From a virus, in the IMG/VR virus record IMGVR_UViG_3300037119_005846, positions 1 through 64,000 of that record: DNA of 64,000 bases; one strand, written 5' to 3'. The notes under the pieces were generated by a model that saw only the letters and a list, made by a program, of their open reading frames with translations, did no database searches and had not been told where the DNA came from. Both the position numbers and the translations under genes were made by a program. This document shows positions 39,808 through 49,257 of the stretch, one piece after another. Position 1 is the stretch's first letter; every line of letters begins with the position of its first letter.

Positions 39808-40380
39808 GGCGCTATGACAACAGACTTGACAATCCGATGAGCGCCGCCATGCCGGGAATCCTCGCGATGCTGTTCATCACCGCCGCGTTCGTGTGGCTGG
39901 TGCGGCGATGACCGGTATCAGCCAGAATTGCGTCATATGCGGCCAGAACGGCGATGTCGCCGAGCTGGTCTGGCACGAGACCTTTCCGCACGGCGAGCCG
40001 AAGCTGGCCCATCCGGGCTGCGTCGGAGCGCTCGGCTACGAAGTCGGGGCCGAGCAAGCCCGCAGAGAACAGCGTTGACCGGCATCACCAGCGCCGAGGC
40101 GATGGTCGAGCTCGCGGCCCGCGCGCTGGACGACATGTACCGATCGTACGAGGAGGACGGCGGCGTCTCGCCCGACACGTACGACGAGCACCTCGCCGTC
40201 GCTGACACTCTCGGCGCGCCGCCGTTCGACCGCGACAACGAGCTCGAGCGCCTGCTTCTCGACGCCATCTACGATCAGGCCCAGGGCGGCATCGCCATCG
40301 ACGAGATCGCGCGCCTCCACGTCGAGGCGCTCGGCGACTGGCTCGACTATGACGCCAGCTGAACACCAAGTACAGCCAGG

Positions 40381-40409
40381 TGGACAATTACAACATGATG
40401 TTGTATAAT
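40381..40409 (+). promoter_or_regulatory. Promoter TGGACA-N17-TATAAT with palindromic spacer CAACATGATGTTG
   Basis: Family member; followed by four CAGAC copies. Confidence 0.75.
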
Positions 40410-40491
40410 AAACGCAGACCTCAGACACAGACCACAGACCCAGGGAGAGAGAAATCATGACGATCAACGCCAACACCGAAGGCGACGACTG

Positions 40492-41325
40492 ATGGCCGCC
40501 GTCGATCACGTGCCGGACGAGAGCTTGCTCGAGCCTGACCCACGGAAGATGCTGCACATCTCGGTCACCAAGCTGGTCATCGACAGCGAGCCTCAGCGGG
40601 CCATGAACATGGACGTCGTAGAGCGCATCGCCAACGAGTGGGACTGGCTGCGGGCAGAAGCCGCAACCGTCGTCCCCATCGGCGGCGGGAAGTTCCGGGT
40701 GGTCGAAGGCCAGCACCGAGTCCGGGCCTTGCAGCTCCTCGACCTCACGGTCTCGATGTGGTGCCTGGTGCTCCCGAACGAGGAGCTGGGCGTGACCAAC
40801 GAGGCCAAGCTCGGACGGCAGATCGCCACCGGACGTCGTGGCTACTCGACGCTCGCCAAGTGGGTGAGCTGCGCGGCCAGCAATGAGCCTCATGAGGTCC
40901 AGGCCAACAAGGTGCTCGCCAAGCACGGCCTCCGGGTCGGGCAGGCGCAGTCCACCCGCACCATTGCCGCGGTCGGGGCGGTCTCTAAGATCGTCCACGG
41001 GCAGAAGAACACTCCGGCCTCGGGAGCTGATCAGCTCGACAAGGTGATCATGATCATTCTGAACACCTGGCCGGATCATGACCCCAGCTCCAGCACATCG
41101 CGATTCGACGGCCGCCTCATCGAGGCTCTCGGCCTGATCGTGGCTCGCAACCCCGACCTGGACGTCAAGCGCATGGTCACCAAGCTCGCCTCCAAGCGAG
41201 CGATGCGCTGGATCGACGACGTGCTCAACACCACCTCGGGGAGGTCCATCCGCGACCTGGTCGCCGGCTCGATCATCACGAGCTACAACGCACAGCTCCG
41301 CACGGGATCGAGACTAAAGTTGTGA
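40492..41325 (+). CDS. ParB/Srx-like (DUF6551-type) protein
   Basis: L.ID...QR......V..IA.EWD and VVEGQHR..A motifs. Confidence 0.7.
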   Translation: MAAVDHVPDESLLEPDPRKMLHISVTKLVIDSEPQRAMNMDVVERIANEWDWLRAEAATVVPIGGGKFRVVEGQHRVRALQLLDLTVSMWCLVLPNEELGVTNEAKLGRQIATGRRGYSTLAKWVSCAASNEPHEVQANKVLAKHGLRVGQAQSTRTIAAVGAVSKIVHGQKNTPASGADQLDKVIMIILNTWPDHDPSSSTSRFDGRLIEALGLIVARNPDLDVKRMVTKLASKRAMRWIDDVLNTTSGRSIRDLVAGSIITSYNAQLRTGSRLKL

Positions 41326-41954
41326 GCGGCGAGAAGAGGTTCGACAGCACAGGGCGCCCGCAGTATGTTCGCAAGTCCACGCAGGCCGAGATCGACCGGC
41401 GCACGGGGCTGATTGCCAAGCTCTACCGGCGCGGACACAACACGCAGGAGATTGCGACGGGAATGAACGTCAGCGAGGACGTGGTGCGAAAGACTCTGCG
41501 GGCCATCTCATCAAACAGAGGGAAGCGGTACAGGGGGCGGGGCCCGGTGACCGAGGCGTGCCCCTGGCGCGACGAGGACCTGCCTGTCGTGGAGCGCCAC
41601 GTCACGACCGAGGTCGAGGAGTCTCGGTGGCGGCGGTCCAAGATCATCGGGATGGCTCAGATGCTCAACGACGAGTATCGAGAATCCAACTTCACCAATA
41701 TCCTCGCCAACCAGGTGACCGATGCCGAGGCAGCCGGCGACAAGGACTGGCTGATCGAGGCGCTGGCGCATGTCACGTCGGCCATCGAGAAGTTGGAGCG
41801 GGCCCGACGCGTCCTTGTCGACGACCACTACCGAGTGCTCTGCCGAGACACCCTCGAAGGCGTCGAGCAGATGCGGCACAAGGTCAGCGTGCCACTCCTG
41901 CGGGTGATCTCGTCCGGCTCCCCCGAGAGGAGCGCGCGTTGTGAAGAGTCATGA
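41322..41954 (+). CDS. Helix-turn-helix DNA-binding protein
   Basis: I.KLY..G....EIA..MNVSE.VVRK.L. Confidence 0.6.
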   Translation: MSGEKRFDSTGRPQYVRKSTQAEIDRRTGLIAKLYRRGHNTQEIATGMNVSEDVVRKTLRAISSNRGKRYRGRGPVTEACPWRDEDLPVVERHVTTEVEESRWRRSKIIGMAQMLNDEYRESNFTNILANQVTDAEAAGDKDWLIEALAHVTSAIEKLERARRVLVDDHYRVLCRDTLEGVEQMRHKVSVPLLRVISSGSPERSARCEES

Positions 41955-42192
41955 CGAGGAGATCGCCGTGATCTGCCTTACCACCGACACCCACTCCTCC
42001 AACGTGCCCGGCTCGACGCGAGAGTACTGCTCGATCTGCGCCGCCGAGGTGTGGTGTTCGCCCGCCAGCAGGCTTCTGGCCGACGTCATCATCTGCATGG
42101 ACTGCGCCCCCGGAGCGATGGAGGCGACCGGCGGCGAGCTGAGCAAGCCAACGCCCGAGCAGCTGCGCGAGGTCATGGAGAACTGGCCGTGA
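41941..42192 (+). CDS. Small Cys-rich protein
   Basis: CSIC...VW...ICMDC. Confidence 0.55.
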   Translation: MKSHDEEIAVICLTTDTHSSNVPGSTREYCSICAAEVWCSPASRLLADVIICMDCAPGAMEATGGELSKPTPEQLREVMENWP

Positions 42193-42581
42193 CCAACCCC
42201 GGAGTCTGGATGCTCTGGCCACAGCGTCTTACGGCCAGAGACCCCGGCTCCCGCATCGTTCGGGCATTTGATGATCACATCCCCGAGTCCGGGATCATCC
42301 TCGCCGCGGCTCCGAACAACGACCTCCGACCGCGCGTCCCGCTGGCCGAGGCCGACGTCAAGACGACGATCGGCCAAGGCCAGGCCATAAGTCGCGACCG
42401 CCGTCGGCCGGACCATCGCCCGGACTACCTCCTGTCACTGTGCTGGTGCGGCGCCACCAGAGTCTGGGTGTCCTCGGCAGAGGTCAGGGCCGGTCGCACG
42501 CGGCCGTGCCGCAATCTGAGGTGCGGCCCGACGAACCAGCTGACGAGGGTCAGAAGCAACAGCTCATGGTAGAGTCGCGGC

Positions 42582-44081
42582 GTGCCCGTGTCATCGCTGC
42601 AGCCTGTCTACCCGCCGCCGGCCGGCCGCGCCGTCGAGGCTCCGTGGGGCGTCGCCGTCGCCGAGAGCGTCGTCCAGCACTTCGCCAGCACGACTACTCG
42701 TGATACAAACTGGACGACGCCGCCTGTCGGCGCGCTCTGCGCGACTCAGAGCGACAAGTTTCTGTGGTACTTCGCCGGCGGCACCGTCCCGACCGGCTGG
42801 AAGAAGATCGCGCAGGTAGCTCTCGACGTTACCCCGGTCGCAGCCGCCGCGGTACAGACCATCGGCGACACCATGACCGGCCCGCTGATCATTAATGCTA
42901 CACCGGGTCTCAAGATACGCCGCAGCAACAACTTGCCGTACTTGCAGTTCGAAGACGTCACTGGCGTTACTCGATACGGCTACGTCCAGGGCACGGCAGC
43001 GGACATGGTCTATTACGTCGATGCGGCGACAGCCGATCACAGTTTCTGGGTCAATAACGCGCGGAAGCTGGAGATCAACAGCACTAACACTGACGTCTGG
43101 ACAACGCTCACCGCACACCAGAGTATCGACGTTACGAGTGGTATTGATGTGAACGGCGGCGGCGTGCGCATCGGCGGCAACGGCGCCCAGCTCAAACTGA
43201 TTGACACGTCGACGTCCGCGTCTGACTTCCACGACACCTACATCGAGTTCTTCGGCGACGGCGTGTCGATGGCGTCGCCTGGCACCCGGTCCGGCTACGT
43301 CGGGTTCCCCGGTAGCACGACGATGTACATGAACAACGAAGTCCTCAACGGAGGGATACGACTTCAAGGCAATGGGTCGGGCACGGTCACCCTCGCGACC
43401 GGCACCAGCGGCGACATCAACATGTTGTGTGGGTCGGCCGGCAACATCTTGCTGAACGCGGCCACCTGGGGCGTGATGTCTTCGGGAGGTGCCGAGCGCG
43501 GCCGTTGGGGTTCGACGTTCATGTGGGGCAAGACGAGCAGTGGTCACGGCAACGTTGGTTGCGAGTTGTTCGAGTCCGGGGTGATCTACGCGACGACGGC
43601 GACCGCATCGTCGTGTCTGGTGCTGCGTCACAACACTGACACCGATGGCGGCTCATTCATCCTGTTCCTCAACTCGGCCGGCGGTTCCCTGTCGACGCTC
43701 AGTCAAGATGACGTCGCCCCCACCGGCATCAAGATCAACAACTGCACGACGACCACCCCATCCGACTACCGGTTGAAGGACGACCTCGGCCCGATGGTCG
43801 GCGCCCTCGACCGGGTCCTCCAGCTGCAACCAAAGCATCTGGCGTGGAAGGAGACCGGCGTCGAGTTCGACGGGTTCATCGCCCACGAACTGGCGACGGT
43901 GGTGCCGGACGCCGTAGACGGCGACAAGGACGCCGTCTACGACGAAACCGAAGCCGAAATGATGGGCGTCCAACCGGGCGACATCAAAGCGCAGCAGCTC
44001 GACCAGACGCCGCTGATCCCGTTGCTGGTCGCCGCCGTTCAGGAACTCGCCGAGCGCCTCGCCGCGCTCGAAGATGCATGA
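42582..44081 (+). CDS. Tail fibre/spike with C-terminal intramolecular chaperone (peptidase S74) domain
   Basis: GDTMTGPL fibre motif; SDYRLK...ALDRV..L.P...W...GFIAHEL..V.P.AV.G.KD...LIPLLVAAVQEL. Confidence 0.85.
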   Translation: MPVSSLQPVYPPPAGRAVEAPWGVAVAESVVQHFASTTTRDTNWTTPPVGALCATQSDKFLWYFAGGTVPTGWKKIAQVALDVTPVAAAAVQTIGDTMTGPLIINATPGLKIRRSNNLPYLQFEDVTGVTRYGYVQGTAADMVYYVDAATADHSFWVNNARKLEINSTNTDVWTTLTAHQSIDVTSGIDVNGGGVRIGGNGAQLKLIDTSTSASDFHDTYIEFFGDGVSMASPGTRSGYVGFPGSTTMYMNNEVLNGGIRLQGNGSGTVTLATGTSGDINMLCGSAGNILLNAATWGVMSSGGAERGRWGSTFMWGKTSSGHGNVGCELFESGVIYATTATASSCLVLRHNTDTDGGSFILFLNSAGGSLSTLSQDDVAPTGIKINNCTTTTPSDYRLKDDLGPMVGALDRVLQLQPKHLAWKETGVEFDGFIAHELATVVPDAVDGDKDAVYDETEAEMMGVQPGDIKAQQLDQTPLIPLLVAAVQELAERLAALEDA

Positions 44082-44431
44082 CATCGGAGGAACAGATGAC
44101 CACGACCATCGAGCCGCCGCCTCCGGGCACCGTCTTCACGAGAGACCCGGTGCAGATCACGACAGGCATCTTCACGCTGCTGCTCGGAGTCACCGCCGTG
44201 CTGACGATGACCGGTGTGCTCGAGGAGGTGATCAGCGGCGTCATTACCGGAGTGCTCACGGCCGCCTGGGCCGCCGTCAACCAGCTGCTCGTGCGCCCGG
44301 CCACGGTGCCCCGTCAGCCGCTGGCTGAGCTCGCATACGAAATGGCTCAGCCGGCGAGCACAGTCGCTCCGGCGTCCACTCTCGTGGTCGAGGTCGAGTC
44401 GGATCAGAAGAAGTCACCGCCGAAGAAGTAA
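44078..44431 (+). CDS. Putative holin
   Basis: Two TM segments, charged tail, directly upstream of endolysins; alternative ATG at 44096 with GGAGG RBS. Confidence 0.6.
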   Translation: MTSEEQMTTTIEPPPPGTVFTRDPVQITTGIFTLLLGVTAVLTMTGVLEEVISGVITGVLTAAWAAVNQLLVRPATVPRQPLAELAYEMAQPASTVAPASTLVVEVESDQKKSPPKK

Positions 44432-45219
44432 TGGCTGATACCTCTAACGGCATCGTCTACACGACGAAAGAGTGGGCCTACGTTTGCGCCCACGTCGGCT
44501 GGCGGCAGCCTGATCTGTCACGGTTCGTCGCCACCTGCATCGGTGAGTCACAGCTTCACTCGGCCGCGTACCGGCCGGCGACGCAGAACCCGGGCATCCC
44601 CACCACCGTGCCGAAGAACCGGGCAGGCCATGACTGGTCGATCTGCATGATCAACGACTACTTCTTCCCGGTCGATGACCCGTTCACCCGGCTCGATCCG
44701 ATGACAGCTGCTCGTGATGCCCTGGAGATCTACAAGGCGAATGGGTTGAAGCCGTGGGGCTGGTACGACAAGCGCAACGACGTCAACATGCACGTTGCTG
44801 CGATCACCGAGGAGATCGGGCCCAACCCGTACGACATCCACCATTCGCCGTACTGGCGGATGAAGAGTGCGCTGATTAACACGTGGGACTTGCCGGTCCC
44901 GCCGGCGGATGACTACGTGCCGATCCTGCCGCCGGCGCCGCTGCGGTACAACACCGGCGGCTATCCGCCCGATCCGACTGGCGTCAGCGTCAACAAGCTC
45001 CAGCGGATTCTACAGTCGATGGGTCGCTTCACCGGCGCGCTCGACTACTGGTACGGCAGTCGGGTGCGAGATGGCGTGGCGTCGATCCAGCGCGATCTCA
45101 CGGCGGCAATGCTGTGGACCGGACCGAGCGACGGTAAGCTGTTCAGCGTCGAACTCGCGCAGGTATGGGAGGGTGTGCTCGAGGCTCAGTTCGCATTCAA
45201 CAGAGGGACACTGACATGA
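44431..45219 (+). CDS. Endolysin: lysozyme/SLT-like domain + peptidoglycan-binding domain
   Basis: A.C.GES....A, D.SICMIND, DP..AA..A.EIY...G..PW; C-terminal V.KLQ..L...G.FTG.LD..YG. Confidence 0.6.
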   Translation: MADTSNGIVYTTKEWAYVCAHVGWRQPDLSRFVATCIGESQLHSAAYRPATQNPGIPTTVPKNRAGHDWSICMINDYFFPVDDPFTRLDPMTAARDALEIYKANGLKPWGWYDKRNDVNMHVAAITEEIGPNPYDIHHSPYWRMKSALINTWDLPVPPADDYVPILPPAPLRYNTGGYPPDPTGVSVNKLQRILQSMGRFTGALDYWYGSRVRDGVASIQRDLTAAMLWTGPSDGKLFSVELAQVWEGVLEAQFAFNRGTLT

Positions 45220-45401
45220 GTGATGAACCAGAAGTAGTCGAAGATGACTCCGAAGAGGTCGACTTCGAGATCGACTTGGACGCCGTGCCCGAGATGACGG
45301 GAGGGCGCTTTCCCGAGGAACTCGAGGAGCATCTCTCCGATCCCGTCGAGGAAGGCGAAGTGCCCGAGGTCGATGGGTCAGAAGAAGATGAGGTCGACTG
45401 A
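45216..45401 (+). CDS. Very acidic small protein
   Basis: 61 aa, D/E-rich, coupled on both sides. Confidence 0.5.
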   Translation: MSDEPEVVEDDSEEVDFEIDLDAVPEMTGGRFPEELEEHLSDPVEEGEVPEVDGSEEDEVD

Positions 45402-46261
45402 TGGCGATCCTGTATCCATTCGGCTACGGCGACTGGGCGGCTCGGGTCACACTCGACACGCTGTTCGAGAAGGAGACGGTCCGCAAGCTGCACCCCGAGT
45501 ACCGGCGACGACTCAAGTCCTTGCTCGTCAAGGGTGGCGGTCGCTTCGGCATCGGCACCGGATGGCGCTCGTCGGACGTGCAGAAGTCGATCTTCCTCGC
45601 TCGTCACTACAAGGTCGCCTCGGGCGGGTGCTGCCGCTACGGCAACGCCCGCTACCAACTCAAGAAGGGCGTCGCCCACGCAGCTCCGCCTGGATCGAGC
45701 TTCCACGAAGCGGTCGTGCACGGCTGGGCCAGTGCCATTGATGCGATCGGTGACATCAACTGGTTGGCGCAGAACTGCGAGGCGTACGGCCTTGAGCAGG
45801 CGACGTGGGGGAACGAGGACTGGCACTACCAGTTCACCGAGTTCCCGCACTCGGTAACGCAGTGGCGTGCAGCTGGTCAGCCCGCTCCGAAGACGTGGTC
45901 AATCCCGGGCGTGCAGCCGCCGGTCGGCCCGCCGACTACCGGCTGGGCTGCCGCGGGAGCGAAGATGAGCACGCCGCCGGGCACGCCGACGCTGCGTCGC
46001 ACGGTCCAGCACAGCAACGTGCCGTGGCTTCAGGCGGTGATGTGCTCGATGCCGAAGCCGCCGGCAGACGGTGGCAAGCCGATCTATCCGCCGACCCGCG
46101 TCACGTCCGACCGGATCGGCGCTGGTCCCGTCGACGGCGACTTGTTCGGTGATCTGACGTACGAGGCCGTGCGCTACTGGCAGTCGAAGAACGCGCTCAC
46201 CGCGGATGGCATCTACGGGCCGCAAACGGCGGCGAAGCTGACCACAGTTCGCGGCAAGTAA
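45401..46261 (+). CDS. Endolysin: M15-type peptidase + PG_binding_1
   Basis: GWRS...Q, AAPPG.SFHE, AIDA and E.WHYQ motifs; AV.YWQ....LTADGIYGPQT. Confidence 0.82.
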   Translation: MAILYPFGYGDWAARVTLDTLFEKETVRKLHPEYRRRLKSLLVKGGGRFGIGTGWRSSDVQKSIFLARHYKVASGGCCRYGNARYQLKKGVAHAAPPGSSFHEAVVHGWASAIDAIGDINWLAQNCEAYGLEQATWGNEDWHYQFTEFPHSVTQWRAAGQPAPKTWSIPGVQPPVGPPTTGWAAAGAKMSTPPGTPTLRRTVQHSNVPWLQAVMCSMPKPPADGGKPIYPPTRVTSDRIGAGPVDGDLFGDLTYEAVRYWQSKNALTADGIYGPQTAAKLTTVRGK

Positions 46262-46707
46262 TGTTCACACGACCGCCGCAGCAGACAATCAAGGTAGCGG
46301 CCGCCGTCTATGGCCAGCTGACCGTGAACATCCGTGAGGGTGACGCACTCCACGGTGAGAACTACAGGCAGGCGAGAATCTGGATCGTCATCGACGAAGA
46401 TGAAGACGGCAGCGACGAGCCAGTGGGGCATCTCATCTACGCGTTCAACGACTCGAGCAGAGGCGGGCAGCCGACGTGGGTCGAGGCTGGTTCAGTGCAG
46501 CGCGCGATGGTGCGCGCGGTCGGCGGCACACAGTCGTGGGACGTCGTCCTCGTCGACCCGATCGACGATGGCCCAATGTCATTGAGGATAGTCGCAGCTC
46601 CGTGCGTCTGCGGCGCTGGCGCAGTCGGCAGCGCCGGTCCGTCCGGCGAAGCACACTACGTCGACTACGTCCGCGCCGACCAGTACGCGTTCATTCAGCG
46701 CTCGTGA
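46261..46707 (+). CDS. Hypothetical protein
   Basis: Coupled 148-aa ORF with CxCG. Confidence 0.55.
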   Translation: MFTRPPQQTIKVAAAVYGQLTVNIREGDALHGENYRQARIWIVIDEDEDGSDEPVGHLIYAFNDSSRGGQPTWVEAGSVQRAMVRAVGGTQSWDVVLVDPIDDGPMSLRIVAAPCVCGAGAVGSAGPSGEAHYVDYVRADQYAFIQRS

Positions 46708-46724
46708 GCTGTACGGTCTACTCT

Positions 46725-46764
46725 GGAGCAGGAGAGGATCGCCGCCGAGTTTCTCTCTTGCTCC
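46725..46764 (+). terminator. Stem-loop terminator
   Basis: GGAGCAGGAGAG / CTCTCTTGCTCC arms. Confidence 0.55.
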
Positions 46765-46792
46765 ATAGCGGTCGCGAGTATAGTTCAGTTTC

Positions 46793-46999
46793 ATGAACCT
46801 CGCGGTCGTGGTCATGGGCGTCTGCGTCACCTTCTGTTTCGCCGCGGCCGTGGCATTGTTCTTCATTGATCAGTCGGCTGCAGCGTGGGCAACTCTCGTC
46901 ATCGCGCTGCTGTCTACGCTCTCGCTTCTCGCCATGGTCGTGTCGACCGGTCGCGCTGAGACGAGCGTCGCTGACATCAACTCGAGGCGGCGGCTGTGA
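46793..46999 (+). CDS. Small membrane protein
   Basis: Two TM segments; TATAGT just upstream. Confidence 0.55.
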   Translation: MNLAVVVMGVCVTFCFAAAVALFFIDQSAAAWATLVIALLSTLSLLAMVVSTGRAETSVADINSRRRL

Positions 47000-49248
47000 A
47001 TACTCTCACCGCGGCCGTCGCGTACGACGTCACCGATTCCGCGGTCAAGGCGGTCGAGAGCGCGTCACGCGTCGCCGACGAGAAGACCGCGAGCACTGCC
47101 GCGCTAGCGCTGGCGATCGCGATGGACTCCGAGAACGAAGAGTCTGCGAGAGTGGCGGTCCTTAAAGATCCGCGCATCGCTCGCCTCAGTCTCGAGGCGG
47201 CGCAGGCGATCAACGACGCCGCCGAGCTCGCGGCCTGGCATCCGTCGCCGGATACGGATGCCGCGGTCAGCGGCAGTGTCAAAGATGCACTGCGAACACG
47301 TCGAACCGATGCCGAGCTCGCTGACACGATCCGGAGCACGGTCGCTGACGCAGCAGCGGCTAGACGCTCGACGGTTGAGACCGATGATGAGACGCCCGAC
47401 GCCGAGTCACGCCGTCACTGGAGTGATGCCGCCGGGCGCACTGCCGCGACACGGCTGGCAGCTGAGCGAGTCGTTGAGTCCATGCCGGTCGTGGAAGAAG
47501 CCGCCGGTGTCTCGCTTCACAAGCTCTGGCTGACTCAGGCAGACAGCCGCGTCCGGTCAAGTCATCGTCATCTCCAGGGTAAGACCGTCGAAGCTGACAA
47601 GCCGTTCTGGCGCGAGCTCGGCACCGACAAGCAGCTGCGCTTCCCGGGCGACCCAGAGGCGCCGCTGGATCAGACCGTGAACTGCCGGTGCTTCTTGTGG
47701 CTCGTCCCCGCGGACCAGGCGGCGGCCGCCGAGGAAACGTTCCAGATCAGTGACGATGACTACGCACTCGCTGCGTCTGTTAGTCGCCATCCGTCATGCG
47801 GGCTGCTACACGGAAATGCCGCGCTGATGACAGTCGATGAATTCGACGGTGCGGCCGACATCCTGTACGGTCTGACAGCAGCGACCGAGCGCAAGTACGA
47901 CGAGAGCAAGCACAAGCGCGACAAGGGCGGCAAGTTCTCGAAGCATGCCGGCCAGCAGGGCGGCACAGTTCACGAGCACAAGCGCTTCGATCGCAAGAAG
48001 TGGCTCGCCGAGGGTGGCTGGGACAGGGTCAGAGCCAAGTACGGTCTCGGCAAGGGCAAGGGCAAGGGCAAGGGCTCTGGCTCCGGCTCTGGCTCCGGCT
48101 CCGGCGGCGGAGACAGCGGCAGTGGAGACGACGTCGACGCGGGCAAGGCCTTTGACGACGCCGCCGAGCGTGCTCGCAAGCGCTTCGAGACAATACAGAA
48201 GGCTCTTCAAGATCGCAGAGATGAGATCGAGAACACTCGAGCATCGAACGAGGCTGATAGAAGGCAGCTTCAGGCGCAGGCCGACCTCGAGCAGATCACG
48301 CGGCGCGAGGGCGAGGACGCCGCGATGAGGAAGCGGGAGCAGATGGTCCGAGACGTTGAGCAAGATCTGCGCAAGCACCAGAGTGACGTCGAGCGGTCGC
48401 AGAACTTGATCCTCGGCATGCGCCTCCGCGGCGAGCTGCCGGACGTGATCGAGGCCGAGCGTCAGAAGCTCCTCCGGCTCAAGGGTGAGACGACCGAGCT
48501 GGTCAATCTCAGTCGCTCGCTCGGCACTCCCGACCAGGTGCGCGACCTGCGCGATCGCGTCCGCTCGAGTCGCCGCATTCAGGACGTCGGCACGCGGAAC
48601 AATCGCGCGGACCTGGATCGTCGGATCAGACTCGCGCAGCGCCGGCAAGATCAGGGCCTGCGAAACACTGAGCGCTCCGCGTCGCAGGACTACCAGAATC
48701 AGGTACGTGACTTGCGCGCTCGAGCGAACGAGGCGAGGAAGCAGGCGGCGGAGGCGAAGAGGGGTCGCCGCGCCTCGCTGGTTGGCGGCGGACACGCGGA
48801 CTCACCGCAGTCATGTGTCATCGCGCTCATTCCGAAGGGCCACAAGGAGATCGAGTACGAGTCCGGCGAGAAGGCTCCGGCACATCTGACGCTGGCATAC
48901 CTCAGTGACGGCAGCGACAACATCGAGGATGACTTTGACGCGATCGACGCGGCCGTTGCGCGCTTCGCTGCGAGTCGTCAGCCGTTCACCGTGACTGTCG
49001 CCGGTCGAGCTAACCTTGGCGAAGATGGAGATGACGTCATCATCGTTGAGGCGTCGGAGCTCGCTGAGGCGCGGGCCTGGGCGGAAAGTGAGCCGGGCAT
49101 CAGCGAACGCTGCGCTGCCAGTGATCACCCGCACTGGATTCCGCACATGACTGGCGTCGACGGTGACTACGGCGACGAGGTCGAGTTCGATCGCATCGGC
49201 GCGTGGTACGGCGACGACAAGCGAGAGTACCCGCTCGGCGGCGGGTAA
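46996..49248 (+). CDS. MuF-like minor head protein fused to a coiled coil and a C-terminal 2H phosphoesterase
   Basis: K.W....D.RVR.SH....G...PF...LRFPGDP......NCRC MuF motif; HLTL and HMT 2H motifs. Confidence 0.8.
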   Translation: MNTLTAAVAYDVTDSAVKAVESASRVADEKTASTAALALAIAMDSENEESARVAVLKDPRIARLSLEAAQAINDAAELAAWHPSPDTDAAVSGSVKDALRTRRTDAELADTIRSTVADAAAARRSTVETDDETPDAESRRHWSDAAGRTAATRLAAERVVESMPVVEEAAGVSLHKLWLTQADSRVRSSHRHLQGKTVEADKPFWRELGTDKQLRFPGDPEAPLDQTVNCRCFLWLVPADQAAAAEETFQISDDDYALAASVSRHPSCGLLHGNAALMTVDEFDGAADILYGLTAATERKYDESKHKRDKGGKFSKHAGQQGGTVHEHKRFDRKKWLAEGGWDRVRAKYGLGKGKGKGKGSGSGSGSGSGGGDSGSGDDVDAGKAFDDAAERARKRFETIQKALQDRRDEIENTRASNEADRRQLQAQADLEQITRREGEDAAMRKREQMVRDVEQDLRKHQSDVERSQNLILGMRLRGELPDVIEAERQKLLRLKGETTELVNLSRSLGTPDQVRDLRDRVRSSRRIQDVGTRNNRADLDRRIRLAQRRQDQGLRNTERSASQDYQNQVRDLRARANEARKQAAEAKRGRRASLVGGGHADSPQSCVIALIPKGHKEIEYESGEKAPAHLTLAYLSDGSDNIEDDFDAIDAAVARFAASRQPFTVTVAGRANLGEDGDDVIIVEASELAEARAWAESEPGISERCAASDHPHWIPHMTGVDGDYGDEVEFDRIGAWYGDDKREYPLGGG

Positions 49249-49257
49249 GATCGAAGC

